Made by a program: the position numbers and the translations under genes. The notes beneath the pieces were generated by a model, which was not told the DNA's origin, did no database searches, and saw nothing but the letters and a program-made list of their open reading frames with translations. Shown one piece after another: positions 30,722 to 37,431 of a stretch of DNA of 64,000 nucleotides (the stretch's first letter is position 1; every line of letters starts with the position of its first letter). Origin of the DNA: a virus; IMG/VR virus record IMGVR_UViG_3300024518_004461, positions 47,009 to 111,008 of that record. The stretch is one strand, 5' to 3'.

Positions 30722-31489
30722 TTAAGGGCACCACTCCGTTCTGTGAAATTCACACTTCGCACAACTAAGACGATTTTTGGGGTGGTTCTTATTATGGATA
30801 TTATACACCGCCTTGTTTAAAACATTAAGCGAATTATTTATTTTTTTTTGTCCGCTGGAAACTCTAAAGATTTCTATCCTGTTTTTCTTGGCCGTTCGCT
30901 TCAATAATCCAAAGTATGTTTCTACCATAATCGGATCAATATTGTGCTTCTTACAAAAGAAATGCTTATAATAAGTGAGCTGGTATGTAACCATTTTATC
31001 TGTCTTTCGTCTTATGTCCCAACCCCAAGAACACGACTTCCAATCTATAATGTGATATTTTCCATCAGGTGTTTTAATAACAAGATCTAGAAAGCCCTTA
31101 TAGTCATAGTTACCTGGGCTGTCTATAATAGGTTCGAAGATTTGTTCTTCTGCTGAGATGACTGTATATTGTGGAAACTTTAGTTTCAGTGCTTTTAGAA
31201 CTAGCGCAGCCAGTTCAACACCATGCACTTTCATGTCACCAATCATTTTTTGTTCTTTGATTGTTATTTCTTCTAACTTTCCTAGTTCTTCATCAAATGA
31301 GTTACTGAAAATCTTATCATAATCTTCTGTGTTATCTAAAACTAATTTTTCACAGGCTTCATGAAGCGCAGATCCAAAAGCAGTATAAACATTTCCTGTG
31401 AATCCCTTTAATTTATCTATGTAAGTTAGTTTATGATAAAAGGGGCAAAAGTCCCAGTTTTTGAGTGCGCTAAAAGATACATGAGGCAT
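30722..31489 (-). CDS. PD-(D/E)XK nuclease (RecB/Cas4-like exonuclease)
   Basis: SFS..CP, GSALH, GFLDL..IIDWKS, QL..Y and a C-terminal CxxC..CP. Confidence 0.85.
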   Translation of the reverse strand: MPHVSFSALKNWDFCPFYHKLTYIDKLKGFTGNVYTAFGSALHEACEKLVLDNTEDYDKIFSNSFDEELGKLEEITIKEQKMIGDMKVHGVELAALVLKALKLKFPQYTVISAEEQIFEPIIDSPGNYDYKGFLDLVIKTPDGKYHIIDWKSCSWGWDIRRKTDKMVTYQLTYYKHFFCKKHNIDPIMVETYFGLLKRTAKKNRIEIFRVSSGQKKINNSLNVLNKAVYNIHNKNHPKNRLSCAKCEFHRTEWCP

Positions 31490-31526
31490 ATTAACTCCTT
31501 GTGGCATAAGCCAACGTTATAGTAAT

Positions 31527-31555
31527 ATTCTATCATGTAAAAGAGAAGAAGTCAA
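31527..31555 (-). promoter_or_regulatory. sigma70-type promoter
   Basis: TTGACT-17-TAGAAT with an extended TG. Confidence 0.65.
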
Positions 31556-31562
31556 AGAGTAT

Positions 31563-32255
31563 TTAACTAATTTCATTATATATTTTATTAATCTTGGAGT
31601 AAAGTACAGGATTTACATTCTTTAATAAATCAGGATCTCCAAATAAATATTCTTCAACACCATTTGCAAAATATTCACGAATTGATGTAACCGAATAAGG
31701 AGAAATAAATAAATTTGGAATTATTAATGAAAGACGGTCATAACCTATCTCATTATATAATAAATCATCTAATTCATCAGTGAGATCAGGATCAAAAAAG
31801 ATATTTCTAGAAAAGTAAAAGCCTTCATGATTTAGTAAAGAAATTAGCTTATCTTTTTTGGCTTTAAATTCATTTTGAATTAATTTATCACCATAAATTT
31901 CATAGCCCATCTTTTCTTCTAAGGCATGTGCTAATTCATGACAGATGTTTCTAGCAATCAATTCTTCAGAAGCATAATCTATATTTTTAAAAGAAGATAA
32001 ATAAATAACACCATCTTTAAACATGGCTTCAATATTTCTTTCTTCTAATTCTTTAAAATCCCCTATATAGATTCCATCTATAAGATTTAAGATTTGTGAA
32101 GGAATGTTTTTCTCTAAATTCTTAATAATGTTATTGAAGTCAATATCATTTGGAAGTTTATTTACAACAACGACAGGCACAAGGCCTTTTAAAAGAGAGA
32201 ATTCATTTCTGTTTTTTAATGCGTGAGAAGAACTGCTTTTTATATAATCTTTCAT
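31563..32255 (-). CDS. Zincin-like metallopeptidase
   Basis: CHELAH (HEXXH) and REYFANG motifs. Confidence 0.7.
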   Translation of the reverse strand: MKDYIKSSSSHALKNRNEFSLLKGLVPVVVVNKLPNDIDFNNIIKNLEKNIPSQILNLIDGIYIGDFKELEERNIEAMFKDGVIYLSSFKNIDYASEELIARNICHELAHALEEKMGYEIYGDKLIQNEFKAKKDKLISLLNHEGFYFSRNIFFDPDLTDELDDLLYNEIGYDRLSLIIPNLFISPYSVTSIREYFANGVEEYLFGDPDLLKNVNPVLYSKINKIYNEIS

Positions 32256-32314
32256 ATATTTAAATAATGTATCTTAATTAATATCATGCTTCGCAAAGTC
32301 TGTCAAGTTAAAAG

Positions 32315-33640
32315 TTAAAGATTTTTTGCACATAAGGTTGCGACCTTGCTTCTTTCACCTTTAATAAATGTGATATGTCCTGTGATATCAAAATATTTTA
32401 ATTTTTCAATCACGTAGGTTAAACCGTTTGTAGTCTCATCAATATTCACATTATCTATTTGTTCAATGTCACCAGTCAAAACAATTTTAGTTCCTTCACC
32501 TACTCTAGTAAGTATAGTCTTTATTTCATGCCGTGTCAAGTTCTGGCACTCATCAATAATAATATAAGCATTTTGAATTGAGCGACCACGAATATAAGTT
32601 AGAGCCTCGACCTCAATTATTCTTTTATCCATATATGACTCTAGCATTAAATTATCATCACCAAATAAGAATCTTAAATTATCTTGAATTGGCGCTAGCC
32701 ATGGCACCATTTTATCCTCTAGAGATCCAGGTAAATAGCCAATGTCTTTTCCCATGGGTTGAACTGGTCTAGAAACAATTAATCTATTATATACTGAAGA
32801 TTCTCCCATTATCTGTTGCAATCCCGCTGCAATAGCACACAAAGTCTTTCCGCTTCCTGCTTTACCAATAAGAGAAACCACAGGAACATTTGGATCTAAA
32901 AGTAAATCCAACGCACAATTTTGTTCTTTGTTTTTTGGTGCTATGCCCCATCCATCTGATTCTTTATGTTGAGGAATTTTTTTAAATTCTGTATTCTCAT
33001 CAATGAATCTAGTAATTGCTGTTTTCTTTTCATTCGACGAAGATACCAGCATTACATATTGATTGGGATATAATTCTGCTTTGTCATCTATCGCATTATA
33101 CAGATAAACGCTTTCACCTGTATAGAAACGGTCAATTATTTGATCATCCACAAGTAGCTTTGTAAAGCCACCATACAATTCAGAACTTTCCTTTATAACA
33201 TTTTCGCTACTATAGTTTTCTGCATTTACTCCAATAGCATCACACTTAATTCTTAGGTTAATATCGTTGGATACTAATATCACCTTACGGCTTGGAAACT
33301 CTTTTATAAGTGTAAGTGCGGCGGCAATAATCTGATGATCAGCCGTATTAGGATCATAGCCAGAAGGTAATTCAGATAAATCTGGTGTTTTAGTAAAAAC
33401 TAAGCCACGCCCTTTTCGAATTCGAATCCCTTTTTGAAAACTTCCTCTATTTCGTAATTCATCTAGGGTTCTAATAATTCCTCTAGCATTTGCGCCGACG
33501 CCGTTTGGTCTTTTTTTGTTGTTATCTAATTCTTCTAATACTACTAGCGGAACATATATATCTCCGTTCCCATAAGAAAAAATTGAATTACAATCTGTGA
33601 GGTATACGCTCGTATCAAGAACATAAATCTTTTTTGCCAT
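32315..33640 (-). CDS. phoH: PhoH-family protein (PIN + ATPase, PhoH2-type)
   Basis: PIN motifs VLDTS..EELD..D. ATPase motifs GKAGSGKT, GYLPG, RGRS, IIDECQN and GDIEQID. Confidence 0.92.
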   Translation of the reverse strand: MAKKIYVLDTSVYLTDCNSIFSYGNGDIYVPLVVLEELDNNKKRPNGVGANARGIIRTLDELRNRGSFQKGIRIRKGRGLVFTKTPDLSELPSGYDPNTADHQIIAAALTLIKEFPSRKVILVSNDINLRIKCDAIGVNAENYSSENVIKESSELYGGFTKLLVDDQIIDRFYTGESVYLYNAIDDKAELYPNQYVMLVSSSNEKKTAITRFIDENTEFKKIPQHKESDGWGIAPKNKEQNCALDLLLDPNVPVVSLIGKAGSGKTLCAIAAGLQQIMGESSVYNRLIVSRPVQPMGKDIGYLPGSLEDKMVPWLAPIQDNLRFLFGDDNLMLESYMDKRIIEVEALTYIRGRSIQNAYIIIDECQNLTRHEIKTILTRVGEGTKIVLTGDIEQIDNVNIDETTNGLTYVIEKLKYFDITGHITFIKGERSKVATLCAKNL

Positions 33641-33752
33641 ATTTTACTTCCGTTATTCGTTTTTGGTGCTGACAATCCAGCCCCTAATAATAAATAGCCA
33701 AGCCGTTTGAGAATTTTCTTTATAGTTACTTTGTAGGGAAAAAAAAATAATC

Positions 33753-34613
33753 TTGAAAAATGCGGTTGCAAAATTAGTTATAGTATTTATGATGTTCATT
33801 ACTTTTATGGGATGTGCATCATGTGCGTCAAGCACAGCCCTATTTGGGCCAGGAGATTTATTCAGAGATAAAAGACGTTCCTTCATCAAGATTGATATTT
33901 ATAAAAACATCTACCTAACAAAAACCTCCTCTGCGGTAGCCGAAGCAAATTTAGAAGAATATGAAATTGATTTGCGCTCATCAGCTTCGGGCTTTATTGT
34001 TGGACACGATAGAGAAATTACACTCGTAGGAACTTCAGCGCACGTTTGCAGTATTCTTTACGGCAATCAAATAAATTATTTTGTGCAGGACTACTCACCT
34101 AAGAACCCTGAATGGAAGATGACCGAAAGGGCTTCATATATCCTAAACGATTACAAAGGTGAAACATATGCGGCAATTCCAATTGCTTTTGATTTTGAAG
34201 CCGATATATGTATACTGGGTTCAGCCAAGATATCGCGTCCAGCATTGAAAATTTCTAATTCTAAGCCAATAATTGGAGAGAAGTATTATAACATAGCCGC
34301 CCCTATGGGATTGTGGTCTTCTAAAATGATCCCGTTATTTGAAGGATTTTATTTGGGTAGTAAGAAGGTTCGTAGCAACCGAAAAACTTCGTATGTTTTT
34401 TCTATTCCTGCCAAGGGTGGATCTTCGGGCTCCCCAATACTGAATAGTTATGGTGAAGTTGTTGGAGCATTACACTCTGCTTATAGAGGGTTTGAAAATT
34501 TGTGTATGGCTACCACAAATAAAGAGATTTACTTAATCTATCGTAAATCTATGAGAAAATTATTGAAAGATTATGATAAATATAAACTTATCATTGACAT
34601 TATAAATATTTAA
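33753..34613 (+). CDS. Trypsin-like serine protease with signal/lipoprotein peptide
   Basis: Catalytic triad motifs SAHVC, DIC and GGSSGSP, plus a hydrophobic N-terminus with Cys. Confidence 0.85.
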   Translation: MKNAVAKLVIVFMMFITFMGCASCASSTALFGPGDLFRDKRRSFIKIDIYKNIYLTKTSSAVAEANLEEYEIDLRSSASGFIVGHDREITLVGTSAHVCSILYGNQINYFVQDYSPKNPEWKMTERASYILNDYKGETYAAIPIAFDFEADICILGSAKISRPALKISNSKPIIGEKYYNIAAPMGLWSSKMIPLFEGFYLGSKKVRSNRKTSYVFSIPAKGGSSGSPILNSYGEVVGALHSAYRGFENLCMATTNKEIYLIYRKSMRKLLKDYDKYKLIIDIINI

Positions 34614-34819
34614 TAGACTACGTGAATATCCACTTCATGGCTGGATGTACCTTCTAGATCGATTGGTCTAGATTTCCCATTTAAATCTTTTATGATTATC
34701 ACACCCTCATCGTTATGTGGGTCTACTTGATAACATGTTATTTCTGCTGGCCCTTCACAAAAAGTTTCCTTTGTGTTGCGATGCGTATATAGTAAAAAGA
34801 CTTTATCTCCGATGTTCAT
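34610..34819 (-). CDS. Small SH3/KOW-like hypothetical protein
   Basis: Starts MNIGDKV. A promoter TTGATC-17-TAAGGT ends 6 nt before the ATG. Confidence 0.6.
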   Translation of the reverse strand: MNIGDKVFLLYTHRNTKETFCEGPAEITCYQVDPHNDEGVIIIKDLNGKSRPIDLEGTSSHEVDIHVVY

Positions 34820-34873
34820 AATAATACCTTACCATAAATAGGATCTAAGATCAAGAAAAAGAAAAAAAAATAA

Positions 34874-34890
34874 TGGAGGTGGCGGGAATC
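34874..34890 (-). repeat. Orphan duplicate of a tmRNA/tRNA 3' end (att-like scar)
   Basis: GATTCCCGCCACCTCCA, compared with GATTCCGCACACCTCCA at the functional tmRNA end. It is followed by a T-run. Confidence 0.6.
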
Positions 34891-34954
34891 ACAAATTTAC
34901 CCCTACTTGGGTCCAAGTGATTACCTTTTGTATCTTTATTCATTCTCATTCTCC

Positions 34955-35257
34955 TTAAATCGCCTTCATTTCTGAAAGAAGGTCTTCATAGTTCTCAATG
35001 TATCCGCCACTGGTTTTGCCGTCCAGTCGGTTTAGAAGATTGATAGATGAGAATCCTGCGAAGTATGTTGCATCCTCTCCTGGATATTCTATTACTTTAT
35101 TATCCTCGATGCTTTTGATAATCATATAGTCAAGATCTCTAATCTCTTCTGCCGCTCTTCGATTGAGGGATTTGAGTTTAATGATCTCTTTTTTTAGATC
35201 CCGTAACAAACTATCCTCACTTGGGGCTGGGTAGTTACCTTTTGTATCTTTGCTCAT
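34955..35257 (-). CDS. Hypothetical protein
   Basis: 100-aa ORF. Its first codons are duplicated at 34921-34943. Confidence 0.7.
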   Translation of the reverse strand: MSKDTKGNYPAPSEDSLLRDLKKEIIKLKSLNRRAAEEIRDLDYMIIKSIEDNKVIEYPGEDATYFAGFSSINLLNRLDGKTSGGYIENYEDLLSEMKAI

Positions 35258-35425
35258 TTATTATACTTCATTGCTCTATCACTATTCAACGAAAATCCCT
35301 TAGCACCTTTTTCTTTCTTGACCCATTCAAAGAAATCTTCTGCCATTTAAATGGAATTGGAGGTGTGCGGAATCGAACCGCAGTCCACAATGCTTAAATA
35401 AATTTGCGATATACAAGGTTATATC

Positions 35426-35635
35426 TTAATCTTTCTTCTGAACAAATGCGTAAAGCTTTTCAGCTTCAGCAATTATTTCTTCAGTTGTATAAGAAGGAAC
35501 AGCATTTCGCGCTCCATCGGGTTTGATCATTTCATTCTCAAAGTCGCGATTGCATTTATCACCTAGAATACCTTGCGCCATCCCAAGCAATCCTTCTCGA
35601 ATTTCATAACCATTTTTATTTTTATTTTCTGACAT
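35426..35635 (-). CDS. 69-aa hypothetical phage protein nested inside the tmRNA
   Basis: AGGAGGA SD 8 nt before the ATG. Sequence MSENKNKNGYEIREGLL...YTTEEIIAEAEKLYAFVQKKD resembles a small helical protein family of T4-like phages. Confidence 0.8.
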   Translation of the reverse strand: MSENKNKNGYEIREGLLGMAQGILGDKCNRDFENEMIKPDGARNAVPSYTTEEIIAEAEKLYAFVQKKD

Positions 35636-35684
35636 AATAAATGTCCTCCTTTGTGTGTGTGTGTTTCTTACCATCCATATTCGT

Positions 35685-35714
35685 ATTATACGCTCGAAAT
35701 TGGATGGTTGTCAA
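35685..35714 (-). promoter_or_regulatory. Consensus sigma70 promoter internal to the tmRNA gene
   Basis: TTGACA-18-TATAAT, overlapped by the inverted repeat ACCATCCA/TGGATGGT. Confidence 0.8.
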
Positions 35715-35763
35715 CACGGCTTATTGGGTAACAAGGAAAACCGTAAAAACCCCGCTTTGATGC

Positions 35764-35799
35764 TTACGCAGCCAAAGTTAATGCAACATTATCGTTAGC
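35764..35799 (-). other. tmRNA tag reading frame (A)ANDNVALTLAA*
   Basis: GCT AAC GAT AAT GTT GCA TTA ACT TTG GCT GCG TAA. The C-terminal LAA is the ClpX-type degron. Confidence 0.92.
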
Positions 35800-35927
35800 A
35801 ATTATTTGTTTTAAGCCTTTTAGTGTTTGCTCATACACCCTTGCACAAATCTATCTCGACACCGTGTCGAACCCAGTTCACCCCCGTAGTAATAAGTATA
35901 TCATAATAATATAATGTCCTAAAGTTT

Positions 35928-36536
35928 TTATTTCCCACCGTGGGGTTCATCTTGTAGAGAGGCAAGAATATCGTCAATCCATACTGTGTTTGATATAAAA
36001 TTGTATAAGCGATTAACCACCCGAAAATCGCCACACTTCTTATTATCCCAGTGAGCTTTTTTGAGGTGAGATGAGTGAAAAGAAAATCCGCACGAGGCAA
36101 TATCTCCCATGACAATTTTATTACCAAAGGAATGTGTTGGAATAGCCTTCCCCCGGTTAGGGAATTTTACTTTCCAAATATATAGAGTGTCTTTGTTATT
36201 GTTTTTTTCTATGTTTGTCGCTAGCGTTTCTAAGGAACCAGTTGTAGGCAAGTGATCATCGTCATCTAAGAACATTATCCATCCATTCTCTATTTCTTTA
36301 TACATCTCATTAAAATATAAATTATATGGAAAATGTTTAAAATTTTTCTTTTTTTCTCTCTTTACCTGTATGTAATCGGTGGAATTTATATATCCTAGTG
36401 ATGACTCATTATCTATACATAAAATATGACGATAATTTTTATAACTCTGTGAGGAAACACTTTCTTCACACTTTATAAAATACTCTTTACGGTGTGTCCT
36501 TGTAAGTATGTTTATTAAAGGACGCTTCATATTCAT
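35928..36536 (-). CDS. Glycosyltransferase family 2-like
   Basis: INILTR, FLDDDD and CGDF motifs. The start was moved downstream to avoid overlapping the tRNA. Confidence 0.75.
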   Translation of the reverse strand: MNMKRPLINILTRTHRKEYFIKCEESVSSQSYKNYRHILCIDNESSLGYINSTDYIQVKREKKKNFKHFPYNLYFNEMYKEIENGWIMFLDDDDHLPTTGSLETLATNIEKNNNKDTLYIWKVKFPNRGKAIPTHSFGNKIVMGDIASCGFSFHSSHLKKAHWDNKKCGDFRVVNRLYNFISNTVWIDDILASLQDEPHGGK

Positions 36537-36539
36537 ATA

Positions 36540-36612
36540 AGCGAATGGCGGGGTTCGAACCCGCAACTTTCAGATTGGAAATCTGACACTCTGCCAGTTG
36601 AGCTACATTCGC
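36540..36612 (-). tRNA. tRNA-Gly (TCC)
   Basis: GCGAATG acceptor, D arm, TCAGA-TTTCCAA-TCTGA anticodon arm and GCGGGTTCGAACCCCGC T arm. CCA is not encoded. Confidence 0.95.
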
Positions 36613-36769
36613 AAAAAAAAAAAAAACAATAAGATTGTTACTTATTCACAGTAACAAAGCTAGGCTCGTTTCAATACTAACATAAGTTAGTTTGGTTAGC
36701 TTCAACAGAGCCATTGAAGCACTCGAATATCACATCAGAAAACTGCTTTATCTTATTGCCCATAAACTA
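36613..36769 (-). ncRNA. Unassigned structured RNA (multi-branch, closed stem, U-tail)
   Basis: A closing stem CAATAAGAT/ATCTTATTG encloses several hairpins and is followed by 14 T. There is an upstream promoter and no ORF. Confidence 0.5.
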
Positions 36770-36775
36770 ATTTCT

Positions 36776-36804
36776 ATTCTAAACGTCTTTGACCCCCTTG
36801 TCAA
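36776..36804 (-). promoter_or_regulatory. sigma70-type promoter for the ncRNA/tRNA unit
   Basis: TTGACA-17-TAGAAT. Confidence 0.75.
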
Positions 36805-37156
36805 GTGTTTGTTCAAAATAGTCGTCAATCTTATATCTATTTATAGTTTTCTTCATAGATAATTCGTTCAGACCAAGAAACCTCGCGGCTTCTCGCTTTG
36901 AACGTGTTGCGGATAAAGCATACTTCAATACCGCATCTTTTACAATGTTTGGGATAGAATACCAAAGTGGTAATCCATATAATTTTTTATTAAAAGAAGA
37001 CTTGGCGGTCAGTTCCAATTTTAGACCAATAACTTCTTCAAGGGAAAGAGCATTGAATAGAATCTCAAACTCCTCACTAGACTTTCCTTGTTTTCTTAAT
37101 CTATTAGAAATAGAGTAGTCTTTATTCCGTCCATCATTTCTTTTCAGATTCGCCAT
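36779..37156 (-). CDS. Fis-like HTH DNA-binding protein
   Basis: VLKYALSATRSKREAARFLGLN matches the Fis/HTH_8 pattern. Confidence 0.7.
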   Translation of the reverse strand: MANLKRNDGRNKDYSISNRLRKQGKSSEEFEILFNALSLEEVIGLKLELTAKSSFNKKLYGLPLWYSIPNIVKDAVLKYALSATRSKREAARFLGLNELSMKKTINRYKIDDYFEQTLDKGVKDV

Positions 37157-37412
37157 TAGCTACACCCAGTATACCATAACCCGCGATGTCTTTAAACGGA
37201 TTTTCTCCAAACGCATCTTTTTTAGTTGCAATTCTAAACAGCTTATCAATGATGCGAGTAATAGCCAGCATATCTTTATATTGTTCTGGCTCAATTCCAT
37301 TTGGATATAGAATCTTTAAAATTTTTTCTGACTTTAGGAAAGAGCTTCCATAAGCAGCATCTTTTTCGTCAACAAGTTTACCAATTTCAGTAGCAATTTT
37401 TTCGAACTTCAT
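37134..37412 (-). CDS. DUF1599/Nmad1-like nucleotide-modification-associated protein
   Basis: KDAAYGSSF, DKLFRI and FKDIAGYGIL motifs. The probable start is MKFEKIA. Confidence 0.65.
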   Translation of the reverse strand: MKFEKIATEIGKLVDEKDAAYGSSFLKSEKILKILYPNGIEPEQYKDMLAITRIIDKLFRIATKKDAFGENPFKDIAGYGILGVANGESEKK

Positions 37413-37431
37413 GAAGTTAAGGATACTATTA

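Larger units (their letters stand above)
35358..35885 (-). ncRNA. ssrA: tmRNA (SsrA), 528 nt, interrupted by a nested protein gene
   Basis: The 5' end is GGGGGTGAACTGGGTTCGAC and the 3' end GGACTGCGGTTCGATTCCGCACACCTCCA. The acceptor stem has the G3-U alanine identity pair. Helix 2, pk1 and pk2 pair. The resume context ATAATT-GCT precedes tag ANDNVALTLAA*. CCA is not encoded. Confidence 0.93.

Noticed and set aside
30722-31489. Cas4 as part of a CRISPR-Cas system
   Set aside because: There are no other cas genes or array. Stand-alone Cas4-like nucleases are common in phages.
35636-35674. Longer 82-aa version of the nested ORF (MVRNTHTQ...)
   Set aside because: The extension runs through the CA repeat and the SD itself. 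The strong SD favours the ATG at 35635.
35420-35715. Group I/II intron or circularly permuted tmRNA as the explanation for the insert
   Set aside because: The ~295-nt insert is almost entirely promoter, SD and ORF, with no recognisable intron core. The 5' and 3' ends are in standard order.
35831-36127. 98-aa minus-strand ORF
   Set aside because: It overlaps the glycosyltransferase out of frame and the tmRNA 5' end.
36655-36740. Hammerhead ribozyme (CTGATG...GAAAC)
   Set aside because: The core reads CTGATGTG rather than CTGANGA, and I could not build stems I-III with an NUH cleavage site.
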